A stretch of 64,000 nt of DNA, taken from Blasia pusilla (Eukaryota). Made by a program: the position numbers and the translations under genes. Below the pieces are notes generated by a model. That model was not told where the DNA came from. It made no database searches and saw only the letters and a program-made list of their open reading frames with translations. The stretch covers positions 9,300,001 to 9,364,000 of the forward strand of contig CM114271.1 in NCBI GenBank assembly GCA_050084515.1. The letters are read 5' to 3'. This document shows positions 50,460 to 64,000 of the stretch, one piece after another (position 1 is the first letter of the stretch; each line of letters starts with the position of its first letter).

Positions 50460-52110
50460 TCTATTTTTAATAGAAAGAATGCGCCCATTATTTGCTACCA
50501 TTTTTTAAAGAATTATTTTCCTACCATGTGGGGCAAGAAATCTGCAAGAAATCATGGGCATATATACCAACCCAACTAGGAAAAGAGAAAACCAAGAAAT
50601 AATGGAACACATTCAATTCCTCTTTCCCATTCTTCATGAAGGTCATCTTCATTTATTTATGTTGGGCTAATTACTTTTGTCATGCCATGTTATATTTCAT
50701 GTTCATCCTTCTTATCAGTCATTCTCGTCCTTCACTACCAATAACAAAATAAAATAGGAAGGAAGAAAGAAATCCCTTTTCATTCATTTGCAAGCCATAC
50801 TAATCCACAAATTTACTTATTTATTGTGCAGAATTTTGTTCGACATCAATTTCTCATCCTACTTTTGACAAGCCTCGGTTAAGTGCAATGATCGGGGAGA
50901 TCAAGGGTAATAAGTAATCGTAGCCGATTATAATCAGAAAAATCCATTTCGTATTAAACTGGTCAAAACCAATGTCCGGGGAGAACCAGGATTACGCGTA
51001 GAGCTAGCCGGAATAAATTTAAAATTTCCGATTCGGTTTCTCAGTCACCGGTCAAAACCGAAGGAATACATGAGTTCTCCTTTGTATGTCATTAGCTGGC
51101 CAAAAATAAAAATAAAAATAAAAATTTTCGTTCTCATATGTAAAGACCAGAAATTTACCAATTCTCATGAAAAAACTACCCCGACCTGGTCGAAAGGAAT
51201 TGGCGTTGTTTAAAATTGTTTTAGTCCGATCGCTATGATTTCTCCCCCACGGTCAATACGAACACACATACGGAAAGGAAGCAACTACGATAATAATGCA
51301 ATGGGCCTCCATTGGCAAGGGTGATCGATAGAATCTTTATGCGGAATTGGTCTTTGTGTCCGATGATTTTCCGCTTTTTTTAGGTTCAACAATGAAGGCA
51401 GAGAGGGGCGCCACAAATAATGGTGCAGCGCGCGCACACATACCCCATTGTGATCCTGCTTTCATTAATATGTACGCAACGCTAATCGTTCGGTGCTTCA
51501 GAGAATCTTTCATTTGAGTCTCATGAATGAGTTTCCTTATTTATGATTCTCCTCCTCCTTTTCGGGGAGTCCGACGAATCTGGAAAGTAAAAAAGAAAGG
51601 AAAAAGGAGAAAAGTGTTAGTGGGAAGTCGGCAGGACTGCCATCCATTTATCAATGCCAAATACCAGCTCACAATCATGAACTACGTTCCAATGGTCAAA
51701 CGTCATAAAGAGCCTTCGACAAAGCGTACTTATGGGTAGACGCATGTTGTCTTCCACTTCAGCAATCAGCCGCTCTAATTTCTTACACTTTCCACGTTCA
51801 AATCAACTGCTGAACTTCGTAGCTCTGTTTCGGAGACTGACCCCATTATAGCTTACCCTTTTAGCCACCCACAAATTTTGAACAATTGGGAGAGGCCATA
51901 AAATCTAGGCAATTTTTTGACTGAAAAGGCAGGTTTTTTTTCCCTCCCATTTTCTTTCAAAATTTTGTGGTTTAAAAAATTAGAATTTTTCCATTTTATT
52001 TTACTTTTATGATTATTAAAATTTTTTTGGAATTTATCACTATTTTTACCAAGCCTACAAGTTTTCGCAATTTTTTCCTCCCGATCATGTCATTCCTATG
52101 ACATATAACA

Positions 52111-54938
52111 TCTATACTATAATGTGAGGAGGGGGTTTACTTCTTTTGGTAACTCCCCCAAAGAAGTGAAGCCCCCCAGATGTAGTGAGTGGAACTATAC
52201 ACTTGTGAGAAAGAGTTAAAAATTGGATATGAGCGTATATTTGGAGGGGATGTTATTTCACGAAAGAGTTAAAAATTCTAGACAACCTTATATTTGAAGG
52301 GGTCCTATTTCACGAAGATTTTATTTGATCGGAAAGTTGTCACACCCTTTTGAACTAACGAGCCGTAATATGACACCTATTAGCTCACTAGACGAGTAGA
52401 GAAATTTAGAATGGCCCATAAAATATGCGCTCTCTCTAAGTTGGAGCAGTCTTCACACTATCGTCAGAGGATCTGAACAACGTGACACAAGAGGTGGTGA
52501 AAAGGCATTGAAGGTGGTGAAACTCTGCCCAAGGTGGTGAAATCGCGACAAAGGGGCGAAGGCAATTTCAAGGTAAAATTCTTATGGCTGTGGATTCCTA
52601 ATTCTTATGGTTGTGGATTCTGGTGATGGAATCCAAGACCCTATCCCCAAATCGAAGATTTATGCAAAGATTTTTTGAGGAGTCTTTGATTCAATTGTTT
52701 GCACAAGCTCGGAGGAAATTTCTTATGAGAACCAAATCTCGATCTGTCTCTTGTTCATCAAGAGGCCTCTGTCAGAACAGCTCCTTCCACCCAACCCAAA
52801 TCTCTGCACGGGTGCGAATTTCAGCCAAATTTGAGAGAAAGAGAGAATTGTTGCCGCTCGCTACGAGGCCGCCTGTAGTGTCGTGACTTGTTTTCCGAAT
52901 GTGGGTGCTCTTCGCCGGTTGCTTGCTAGGCTTTTGCCATTCCCTCGAGTCTAATCCGTCTAGACTGGGCTGCACAACTAGATCCTTCCCACGAGCGTCG
53001 GGTTTAGTTGAGATCTTCGGGGAAGAGGCCTCGCGTGCAGGCTGTGAAGGCATTTTCCCAAGCATCAAACACCCCAATGTTATTTGTCTCGCACTCTATC
53101 CTACTTCACGATCCCTAGGAAGCTCCGCTTTTGTATAGATCTTGGAGTGAAATGACTCATCCTCTCGTAGAACCCACATTCATGACCCCATACTACTCTT
53201 GTTGCATGGACACTTTGACTCCCGCCCTTGGATCCAACGAAGCAATCGTCTATGCCAATAGAGAGGCGTGGTGGGGATTGCGTCATCCGATAAATCATTA
53301 GCGTCGAAGAGAATGCCCGTCGTTGCCCGTGGTTTGTGATGATTATTCATCCGACAAGAGAATGGATTAGGAATGGGTGATTTTTGAATCTCTGTAATTT
53401 TGGGTGTCCATGCTTGCACGGGTTAAGTTCTCCTTCCTCCGATTCTCTACGTCTAATAGTAATAGATCAATCTTTGTTGCTTACAATTGTGTAGTAGAGT
53501 GTTGTTCTTCAAAAAAATCTTTTTCCCTATCCCATGGCCAGGAAGTATAGCGTAGTAAGGGCCCATTGATCTGTTTTATATCGACCAGTTTGACAACCGA
53601 CTCTGGGCGTCCGAGATTTAGAGACGAGCTTCAGCACTCTGATTTTGAGCTATGTGTGAGCAATGCACTACTGTTGGTGGGCTTTCCTCTAAAGTTTCAA
53701 TCAATGCCCTGCAGATTACCAACACCGTTGAGGTTTTGTAGGCTTCAGCTCTTTACGGATTTCACTTTTATTTACGTCACTGCGTTGCTATTCAATTCCT
53801 CTGGATTGGAATCCGGTACAGATCACCAAAATTCTTGAATCCTCTTCTCTGGCCTGAGGTAATAGCAACCTAGAGCAGTGGATAAAGACTCAAAGTCTCC
53901 CCAGTGGTCATGGACATTGTAGAGCGCTGGTTAGGATGGATGCATGTTGCTTTCCATATTGCTAGGAGCTATCTATGGTAGAGGACGAAAGGGCGAGAAC
54001 CGCTTCTTATGAACACCTTGAGTAATGGGTGATCCCTAGTGGGTTGCTTCTTCTATTGGTCTCCCAAGGGCCTTGATGTCCTCTCTTAGGCTTGTGTGCA
54101 AGGCTTTTTTTTTTTTCCTCCGTGAGCGGTTTATTTTTTGTTTCAACTAGAGGACCTCATCAAGATGTGTGAGTGCTAGCTCCAGACCCTCCTTGCGCAC
54201 AACGTGATTTTCCAATCTTAACTGCAGTAGCGATCTTTGTTCCTCGACTTAAAAACCAAGGATTGATTATTTTGTTCGTCTCCGCAATCTTGACGACGCT
54301 AAATAATTAACGAGATAATCTTTCTTCGAGCAAGGAAAGCAAATCCTTTCACCCTGTAGTGTTTCCCATAATCAAGGCCGAATGCTGTGTGATCGTTCAA
54401 CACGTAGCAATCCATAATTTTCCATTTAAAACACCTCTTGACTCTATCTCCTCAAATTTCACTCCGTTTGACGGTTCTTCAATGATTTTCCACATTTCAT
54501 AAGGTGGATCAAGATGTGTAGTTCTTGGATAGTTACTACTATGTTCGGAAGATACATATCCGGTTCCGGAGAGATTACAACCTCAACAAGTAAAAACATA
54601 CAATATCCACAAATTACCCAAACAGTTACTCCATGGATAAATAGCGATGATCATAATCACATCACTGCACAATATTGGAAAGGTAGCGTTTTCACACGAC
54701 TTGAAAATACCTGTGAACAAAATCACAAATTCAACATATGCTTTGACCAATAACTTTGCAAACAAAAATATGCCATGGACGCATCCAGATTCAAACCCGT
54801 GACGTTAAACACCCCGGGTTCGAATCCGGATGCGCGCTAGTTGGTTTGGTCATGGCACTTTTTTTAATTAAAAATTATTACAATTTTTTTTTTAATGTAA
54901 AAATTGATTCCAGTGCATCGCACGGGCATTCTTACTAG
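52111..54938 (+). mobile_element. Non-autonomous Helitron (duplicate of 16101-18929)
   Basis: A|TCTATACTATAATGTGAGG ... TGCATCGCACGGGCATTCTTACTAG|T. Confidence 0.87.
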
Positions 54939-56169
54939 TATACATATATCCTTACACATAAGGGTCCCCGCTTATGTATAATAATCAAAATTTCCCCCCT
55001 TCAAAAGATAACAAACCTTTTTTTTTGCAAATAGAAAGCTACTTATTGGGACTCAATCAAATTTAAAGGGAAATCTTGTTATTCATTAACTCCTCTTAGA
55101 AAAAAGTTACAAAAAATAGTTCATCGCATGTCGATGCCTAGAATACCCATGAAGAAAGACATGGAGGAAATTGAATTCCTACTCGCTTTCCCCTTAAGGA
55201 TATTTTGGGTGTTTACTTTATGGTAAAGATGCGAGATTACAGTGAAAAGAGAGGAATAATTATTCCATGAAATAATGTAGGCATACTTTCGTTTTACTTT
55301 TCAATTTATTTGATCGTCCTATGAATTTTTATTTCCTTCTCTTTTTCAATATATTTGATCGTCCAATGAATTTTTATTTCCAGTGTATTACAAATTTCAT
55401 AAGTAAGTAATGAAGGCCGAATGATGAAACCCATCAAAGCGTAAATTCATTCGGCACAGTCTTTCCAACCTTAATTAACCGAGGGAAAAGTAATGAAAAT
55501 AAATGGTTTTGAAGTTTCTATATTTAAGCATTTTTATGGAATGAAATAAAGGAATTACAAAATTCCATCGATAATACACTTGGCGCCATCGTGACCGTTA
55601 AAAATTTGCATAGCAGTCGATTTGCTCCTTTGTGCACACGTTGCCTCAAAGGAGTCTTGGAGGGTATGAGCGCCACGAGTCATTTCGTTTGGTTAAGGAA
55701 AGATGATCTCAAGAAGGCAGAATTGGCAGCAGTTTCGGTGATCGAGAAGTGTGACTGATTCAACCAACGGCACTTGTCTTCCCGAAACCCCTCTCTGATT
55801 CAAAGAGACGATTAGAAAACCTGCGGATGCAGTTCCCAAGCCCACCTATGGCAAAATTTGAATTTAGAACACTCGTTGTTGTCTGGCCTAAGTACGACGA
55901 GTTTAGATAGGTCTGAGTAATTAGGCCAAGCCACCTACTGTATTTAAAAAATGACCAGCACTTTCACTTTCACTTTCACTAGCCCGCAAATGAAGAGATA
56001 CCGATCAACGGTTGAAATGTCTAAGAAACTGGAAAGGCAGTTTTGATACTCGCGTGAAGAGGGGAGTTGAAAGCACCGTTGAAAACCGTAGAATGGAAAA
56101 GTGAAAATCCTCGAAAGTGGTCCTTATATACTTTTAGAGTCGTTGGACTCAATCGTTGGTGTGACAGCG

Positions 56170-57000
56170 ACCATTGACCGGTTGTACGATGGTGGACCGT
56201 TACAATGCATGTTCCGCGTGGGCTGGTTACAACCCGTTGGGTTTTGATGGGTTACAACAACAATGCTTGGGCAATACGCCCCAGAATCTATTTGCAACCC
56301 GTCGAAGTCCGACGGGTTGCACAGGGACCATCCTGCCCAATTTGTGCAACCCATCGAGCTCCGACGAGTTGTACGAGGTCCATCGTGCCCAGTTTGTGCA
56401 ACCCGTCGGACTCCAACGGGTTTCACGGGACCTTGCTTGCCTAACTCGTGCAACCCGTTGGAGTTCGACGGGTTGCACATGACCCAGCCTGCCTAACTGA
56501 TGCAAGCCGTCGGAGTCGTACGGGTTGCTGGGGGGCCAATCCTACCCAACTCTTGAAACGTGTCGAAGTCCGATGAGTTGCACCAGTTAGGCAAAGCGGT
56601 GCCCGCGCAACCCGTTTGAGTTTGACGGGTTGCACGAGTCAGACACGATGGTCTGCGGACAACCTGTCACACTCCGATGGCTTGCGCAAGAGTGTCTCAG
56701 AATGCGGTCCGGCCATTTTTCCAATCCATTCGCCATTCCATTTGCCGCTCCCACGAAGCCATGGAATCCGACCTCAAGACATTTGGACCTTTGCAACTGC
56801 AACCCGTTTGAATCCAACTGATTGCAAAATGAACGGACGAAATCCGACGGGTCGTACTGTCCCAGCCAAACTCGAGTAAATTCAACTGCTACGAGTCGTA
56901 CTATTGATATCCTACCTGGTGGTTTCCAACCCGTCGGACTCCGACGGATTGTAGTTCCCTTGCATTCTACCTTTCAACCCGTCTGACTCAGACGGGTTGC
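56170..57000. repeat. Palindrome array (duplicate of 13980-14830)
   Basis: e.g. caacccgtcggactccgacgg near 56927 and caacccgtctgactcagacgggttg near 56975. Confidence 0.85.
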
Positions 57001-57261
57001 ATTTTCCCAACAATCAACGGGCTCTTTGACTATTAAACTCGTTGGATTCCTATAGATTGAAGGATCCCTAGCAGATCTTTCCCCACATGTCATGAACAAG
57101 AATTTCCGAATATTCCTTTATGGCAGGTCTAGTCAACTGGCGATGGTTCAACCTAACTACCAACTGCATGTTAGACTATAAACGGACACTGCTCACTATA
57201 AATTCAACATTCTCATTCTTATTTGTCTATTTGGGCGAATCAGATCTCTGGTCTGACCCAA

Positions 57262-58657
57262 ATGGAAAATTATGTGAAGCTCACATGTGGCAGTCATATA
57301 GCGGCCCTTCCTCAATCGGAGATAATTCGAGCCCAACCTAGTGGCACTCATGTAATTGTTGAAGAACATTTCCTTTCATTCTGATTTCTGCTCTTGGTTG
57401 GAACCATCTTTGTATCCCATTATGTCAAGGTTGATGGAACGGACGACATCATTGGTGAAATAGTCCAACCGGAGATTGGAGGCTCCAAAGTGTGAAACCT
57501 CTTACCCTACTCCAATGGACAATTTAGAGTTTATGACCTACCTATGAGGCCCACTTCCACCCATAAAGATGGTTCGAAACCTTCAAGTGCTCCATGCTCC
57601 ATGTTTGGCACGGTTTCTTCCGCCGATCCAGCATCGACTCTAAACTCACAAGCTCAGAATAATGCAGTTGAAGGTGGGTACATTTTGGATGTCGTCGATC
57701 TCACAAGATCTGTTGGAAACATGTTAGACTCAACATCTGCTTACTCGTTCCTGCATGGAGTTTCGGGAAATTCTTTGCTTTCATCTCTTCCCTTGAAACT
57801 CTTCAAGCACATTCTCGTGGATGAGCTACCAGCAACGTATGATGGAAACTGTATATTTTCGTTGCCTCCACTTATCGGTCATGCTCAGAAAAAAGATGGA
57901 GGGCGCTTGAAGGGTATGGACCAAAAATTGGACTCTCGGCGATGATGCAGACTGCAACGGACAAGCGCTTCAATCCTAGGTGGTCCTTGGATTATGTCTT
58001 GTCGCCAATGCGTTGGAGCCTTAGAGTGTAGAAGTTTAGGATGCCCCTTCCTAGGGCGGAACAAAGTAGTGAATACATCACAATTCCCCCCCCAATAAAA
58101 ATGCAGAAACTCCTTGCGCCATCGGTACGACCATACCGCCAGGTGGCCATCGATGTCCTCATTGTCGAGCCTCCCTTTTTTGTGTTAGAGCATTTCCCGC
58201 TTATATTTTTTTCATAGTGCACGACTATAATTCTATGTCTGAGTACACAAGCCTGGAAATTCATGTTGGGTCTCACACTCATCTTGTCACAAATGCAATC
58301 CAGAGACACATCAAGGAGGATATGGAAATGAAAGTGGCCGATGTGTACAAAAATTCTCTAGGATCAAAGCTTGGAGTGATCAAATTGACAATGGAATCAC
58401 AAATTTATGAACAACTTCTGGGTATCATCAAATTGACAATGGAATCACAAATTTGTGAACAACTTCTGGGTATCCCTGGCCAAGGGGAGATCACGGCAGT
58501 TGAGGAGAAACAACTTTGGCTGATCTTGAAAGCTTCAAAAACTTATTGCGTCAAATATAAATACTTGATGGAAAGATCGTGGAGATGGATGCCATTTCCA
58601 GGATTAGGGCCAACTCACAATTTCCTTTCATTCATAAATGGCAAGTCATGGGCCAAG
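57262..58657 (+). pseudogene. Cys/His-rich GCM/WRKY-like zinc-finger, transposase-like gene (decayed, 3' truncated)
   Basis: Reading through stops and a frameshift: LPATYDGNCIFSLPP...GMDQKLDSRR*CRLQRTS...CVGALECRSLGCPF...CPHC...FCV...IHVGSHTH. No catalytic domain is visible because a Copia LTR starts at 58658. Confidence 0.5.
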
Positions 58658-61600
58658 TGTTGGATTCTCAACATCCACTTCTCTGAGCACCATTAATCTG
58701 ATCGAACCCCTTGTATGAGGAGAAGCCTAGATTGATGGTTTCGATTTAGACGTTGAAGGAGTCATAGTAATATGACGTAGGTGGTTTTAGGAGTAGCGTT
58801 ACTAGGATTATCTAACCCTATATTGCATCAGGGTGCGGAGCATCCTGATGCAAAATTTGTCTATTAATAGAAACAAAGAAAATTAGATAAAAACCCCTAG
58901 TTTCCCAAGTAGTGAAATAGTTCGGAGCCGCAACGGTAGCACATTCTCGTATGTTGAGTTATCTCCATGTTCACGTTCCATTGAAGCTCTTTTGTGAGCG
59001 CACGGACGGACTAGGCCACTTTGTATCTCTAAGTTTTGTAAAGATTTCAGTGATTTCGTCACTTTCTATTTTCTCACATGGTATCAGAGCAGTAGGTTTT
59101 CCAATATTTTATATCTGGCGATCTGGTGTGTTTGCACAAAATCTTGAGAGGGCTACTTCTTTGTCAGTTCGTGCTCACCCTCCTCCGCTGGGTGAAGGGA
59201 AGTTAGATGGGTCTAACTATACATTGTGGAAGTTCAAAATGATGACTTTCCTCGAATCATTTGAGATCTGGGAGAGGGCCACATGGGTCAATTCGAATCC
59301 ATAAGCTACTTTGTGGCAGGCATGTTCATCTTCATCTGGTGATATCGATCTTGTTGTATTGTTGGCATGGAAACACAAAAACGTTGATGCTCTATATGCG
59401 ATTATCACGAATGTAATTGATTTTCTCATGACTCTCATTCAACATACAACCACTGTTGCTGAGACGTGGAACATTATGAAGAGTCAGTATGAAACGAGGA
59501 ATGAGACTTGGAGAATCTAGAGAATCAGCTTATGTCCGAGAAATTTTCAGAAGGAGAAAGCGCAGAGTAATTTTTGACAAGGATCAAGAATCTTCAAGAT
59601 CAGATGGCGTCCGTAGGAATTTCAAACTCTAGCGAAGATTTGGCAGGTCGGTGCATAAGGATTTTGCCTCCAAGGTATGACAGTTTGGTCACTTCATTGA
59701 ATATTCAAGTAAGACCCACGCCGCTTACTTTTGAAAAATTTAGTGCAATGTTGGTAGAAGAGGAAATGCGCTTCAAAGCAAGAGAGGGAAGTGATGCAGC
59801 ATTTATTGCCAACATACAAAGAGGTAGAAATCAGGATTACAGTTCAAATGTCAAGAAGAAATTCCCAATGAAAGCCTTCAAATGCTTTTATTGTGGCAAG
59901 CTAGGTCATCTTATCAAAGATTGTAGAAAGAGGAGTCTGGATGAGAAGAACGGTTGTTTAAGACCTAAGAAGGAGTCTAGAAATTCTGTAGAACTAGGAG
60001 AATATGAAGTAGATGCTTGGATAGCAATCGAAGAGTTTTTCACGCAGGCAGAACATTCCACTAAGTCAAAGAGTGAAGATGCATGGGGGCTCGATAGTGG
60101 AGCATCTAGACATATGACCAATCATAAGGATTGGTATAGTTCCTTCTGACCTCTCTGAGAGCCCATCGTTGCTACTGTTGGGAATAATGCAAAGTGCCCT
60201 GTAGAAGGGAAAGGCACAATTTCTTTAGTCTCACAAAAAGGAGATGAGAAGAAGTTAACTGATGTACTGTACATACTAGAGTTGAAGCAGAATTTGATTT
60301 CAATAGTAGTATTATGTGATCGTGACCTAGAATTTCGTTTCAAGAAAACTGGAGCAGTCATTGAGGATGCCAATGGGAAAGTAGTGGGTGAAGGTATACG
60401 ACATGGAAATATCTACGAGTTGTATGCTTTCACGACAAGTGTAGGTATAGATCTTAGTAGCAGTAAGTTGTGACATGAAAGATATGGTCACCTAAGATTT
60501 CCCTTACTAAGTTAGATGCAAAAATCTGGCATGGTTGTTGATTTACCAACAATTTTTGGAGTGTCGGATACATGTGAAGCTTGTATGATGGGCAAGCAAT
60601 ACTGAAAATCATTTCCACAAGAGTCCAAAAATAGAGCAAAGGCTCCTCTAGAGCTTATTCATGTTGACCTCTGTGGTAAAATGAGAACAGTGGCATTAGG
60701 TGGTTCTTTCTACTTCTTTTTCGTTGTCGACGATTATAGTAGGAAGATGTAGGTGTATTTCCTTCGTGATAAGGCAAGCGCTTTTGGAAAATTTAAAGTA
60801 TGGCATAAGTTGGTTGAGAATGAGACAGGAAAGAAGGTACAAAAACTTTGCACCGATCGAGGAGGAGGATTCTTATCAACAGAATTCAACAAATTTTTGG
60901 GGGAGCATGGAATCAAGCAAAAATTAACCATGGCACATACACCACAACAAAATAGAGTTGTTGAGCATCGAAACCGTACAGTGGTGGAGATGGCAAGATG
61001 TATGATGAAAGCAAAAGGTTTGACAGAAGGATTTTGGGCTAAAGTTGTTAACACTGCCGTTTACATTCTAAATAGAAGTGCTACCAAGTCAGTGCAAGGC
61101 ATGAATCCTCATCAATCATACTCATGTAAGGTACCATCAGTCCAACATTTCAAATATTTGTACATATTACTGAAGCATGCAGGACCAAGCTGGAGTCTAA
61201 GAGCATGAAGTGTATCTTTATGGAATACAGTGATGAGTCTAAAGCTTATTGCCTATGGTCTCTTGAGGCAAAGAAGATGCTTGTGAGTCGTGATGTGGTG
61301 TTCAGGGACCAGCCTCGTCAAGTGGCGGATATGAGTAGTCCGTCCACATTATCATCAAACGAAGAGATAACCCAAGAGAGCACACCACCAATGTTTACAC
61401 TAGATCATCAAGAAGAAGAATTTGGTGATGGTTACAAAGAGCACCATGCTCTTCCACTACAGTCGTCATATCCTAAGTGGATAAAGCAGTTCTTGGATGG
61501 TAAGGATCCACCAAAAATTGATGAAGTTGTTACATATCCAAGGAGATCCAAGATACTAGAGGAGCATAATAGAGCTTCCGTACATCTCGTCAACACGACC

Positions 61601-63669
61601 TTGATGATAGAGTTCTTGAATATGGAAGAGCCATCATGCTTGGATGAGGCCCTTGCTCATCCTCAATGGAGAGAGGCCATGCAGATGGAGATGGATGCTA
61701 TTCAGAGAAATGAAACTTGGACTTTGGTTGAGAAGCCAAAGGACAGGAAGATAATAGGCACCAAGTGGATGTACAAGACCAAGTACAAGTCAGACGGTAC
61801 ATTGGATAAATTCAAAGCGAGGTTGGTTGCACAAGGATGCTCACAAATCAAAGGTTTTGACTAATATGGGACTTTTTCTTCTATTGCAAGGATGACAGCC
61901 ATTCGAATTGTTCTAGCGGTTGCAAGGACAAGATGTTGGCCTGTATACCAATACGATGTGAAGTCTGCCTTTCTGAATGGGAGTCTCAAGGAGGAGGTGT
62001 ATGTATCTCAACCACCAGGTTTTGAGACACCCGGATCAGAAGAGAAGGTGTGTTTACTACATCGAGCATTGTATGGGTTGAAGCAAGCCCCAAGGGTATG
62101 GTATCAACGAATAGATATATTATTCCGAGAGAAGGGTCTCATCAAGATTCCGTCAAAAGAAAATTTGTATGTGTTTTGCGAAGATGGGATATAGATGTTG
62201 ATATTTTTCGCGCCCCTACTCTCCTTGAACGTCAATCTTTAGTGTTGCGGAAGCGTGCGTTCAATAGGTCACGAACTCATGGCCGATCTGCACCCAAACA
62301 CGCACTCTCATTAGTCGGGTTTGGCCAACCGGCGTTCCAACCCACCGAGTCCTCAACTCGGCGTCTCATCAAGCTCAACCTTCCTTAGTTCCTAGCTTCC
62401 AACACATGCCAAGTCCTTCAAGACTTGGAACGGACTTTCTAGTTAGTCCAAGTATTTGAAACGGCACTTGCGCGCCTAGCGATCCCAACTGTTCAATGGT
62501 CCTCGGGTGAGTTCCAAACCGAGACCCAAGTAATTGAGTCGTGGGGTGGAATCCAAGAGGGATGTCTAAAATCGCCTCACTGGACTTGGTGCAGGTTTTC
62601 CAACCCAACCCCCAAACTCGCGTTCTGTTCCATGCCCTTGAGCCGCCCCGCGGCGCCCAAAGTGGGGTTTGGGTTCCAAGCACTCTCGGAGACCTTCCCC
62701 CTTACTAGTACTTCTGGGGTTCTCCAATAACCCTTCCCCTTTAGGAAAAGAGGGTCGGGCCCTTCATTGTGGCCCTCAACCCGACTCCACTTACAATCGT
62801 TTTCGGATCGTATCTCAGCCATTGCTTATGTGTTTGCAGAGATCTTTGGTGCGTTTGGACCGGCTCTCCATAAGCTTTCCAATGCACCCTTATTTGCTCC
62901 AAACGCATCTTGGCGCTAAAAGTTATGGCCATAAATACAGTCGGAAACTCTCAAACGCTAGTGGCGTTCCACATCTGGATCTTTCCTTTGGCAACCCACT
63001 TCCTAGACTCGACTTCTTTCAAGTCTCATTCCGTGTTTGGTCCAGGTTTCTCAGTCGCGACCATAACACCTGAAATGCGACTCCTCGCTCGCGTCTCGTC
63101 TCTTGTCTCCTCTTTGAGACAACTCCAACACGCAAACCATCTTAACGTGAGCCTGCTAATGTTCCGATGTTCCGTTTGGCACTTGTTTGGTCATGAGGGT
63201 CGCGACAATATTCTTGTATGTGGATGATCTGATCATCACAGGAGACCACATTAAGAAAATAGAGGAAATGAAGGGAGTGTTGAAATATGAGTTTGAAATG
63301 TCAAATTTAGGTCTTTTGCACTACTTTATAGGGCTGGAGATTTGGCAATAGTCAGATTCTATTATTCTCTCTCAGCAAAAGTATGCTAGAGAAATCTTGA
63401 AGGCATTCGGGATGATCGAGTGTACGGAAATTGTCTCGCCAATGGAGGTAGAGTTAAAAATCTTGATGGAGGATGTTTCACCATTGGTAGATGAAAAGTT
63501 GTACAAAAAGCTTGTAATCAGTTTGATATTTTTGTGTAACACTAGACCAGACATTAGCTTCGTTGTGGGAGTGTTGAGTAGGTTCTCAACTAAGCCTTGT
63601 GAGAACCATTCGAAGGTAGGGAGGCGTGTGTTGAAGTACATCAAAGGAATTATCGAGTACGGCATCACC
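58658..63669 (+). mobile_element. Ty1/Copia retrotransposon (5' LTR 58658-59078, PBS, gag-pol; 3' truncated)
   Basis: PBS TGGTATCAGAGC 59079-59090; CFYCGKLGHLIKDC; LDSGASRHM; integrase; RT YDVKSAFLNG, LYGLKQAPR, LYVDD (just after the solo LTR), TRPDISF. Confidence 0.94.
62206..63207. mobile_element. Solo LTR inserted in the Copia RT
   Basis: 5-bp TSD ATATT (62201-62205 and 63208-63212); removing it restores MLIFLYVDD. Confidence 0.92.
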
Positions 63670-63728
63670 GAGGTGCGGTAAGAGGAGAGGAAGAGAGGAG
63701 AGAGGAGAGAGGAGAGAGGAAACTACCT

Positions 63729-64000
63729 TGTCATGACCATACGGATTATGTCGTAGAGTATGGTGTGCTAGTAGAGGCCATTCCTTATGTAGGACCGTAA
63801 TGGATTGGTAGAGATGCGATTCCATACATAGGGTTGGGAGTTACTCAGTTGGGGGTGACTTTCCTAGTAGGGCCCGCTCTTAGGTTGGAGGATATAAGGT
63901 GGCTTGCCCTCAAAGAACAGTCAGTTCTTTGAGTTGAGCCTATTGCGTTGGGAGTTAGCCTTGGTAGTGAGTAGAGCTCTTGGCTATGGCGTTTCCCGCA
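63729..64000 (+). mobile_element. Start of an X repeat of a third DNMT-Gypsy family copy, running off the window
   Basis: TGTCATGACCATACGGATTATGTCGTAGAG... is the reverse complement of the 46325 end. Preceded by ~60 bp resembling 25736-25822. Confidence 0.88.

Larger units (their letters stand above)
49666..63207. repeat. Donor arm of a ~13-kb inverted segmental duplication (copy at 7794-24556)
   Basis: Near-identical ORFs in mirror order, e.g. 9126..9785/61205..61864, 12293..12772/58217..58696, 17901..18140/52899..53138, 23886..24326/49758..50312. Confidence 0.95.

Noticed and set aside
54810-54840. tRNA gene
   Set aside because: Only a T-arm/B-box-like stretch; no D-arm, anticodon arm or matching acceptor stem.

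Overview
Eukaryotic, plant-like window (spliceosomal GT-AG introns, tRNA-Met primer-binding sites) made almost entirely of nested, decayed transposable elements; no intact host gene is visible. Main components: (1) several rearranged pieces of an unrecognised DNA-transposon-like element with an intron-containing gene that joins a ParB/Srx-like domain (DGNHR) to a beta-class DNA amino-methyltransferase-like domain, a divergent Cys/His (GCM-like) gene, and dozens of CAACCCGTCG-N5-CGACGGGTTG palindromes. (2) A 9.75-kb Ty3/Gypsy element (36574-46325, minus strand, TGGT target-site duplication) with a DNMT3/DRM-like cytosine-5 methyltransferase between protease and RT, a PHD finger after integrase, and split direct repeats (X-ORFs-Y-X-Y) instead of two ordinary LTRs. 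(3) A ~13-kb inverted duplication: 49.67-63.2 kb was copied into an LTR now split between 7794 and 25245. (4) Ty1/Copia, a second Gypsy, LTRs, and autonomous plus non-autonomous Helitrons. All protein assignments are by-eye motif recognition; no database searches were run.
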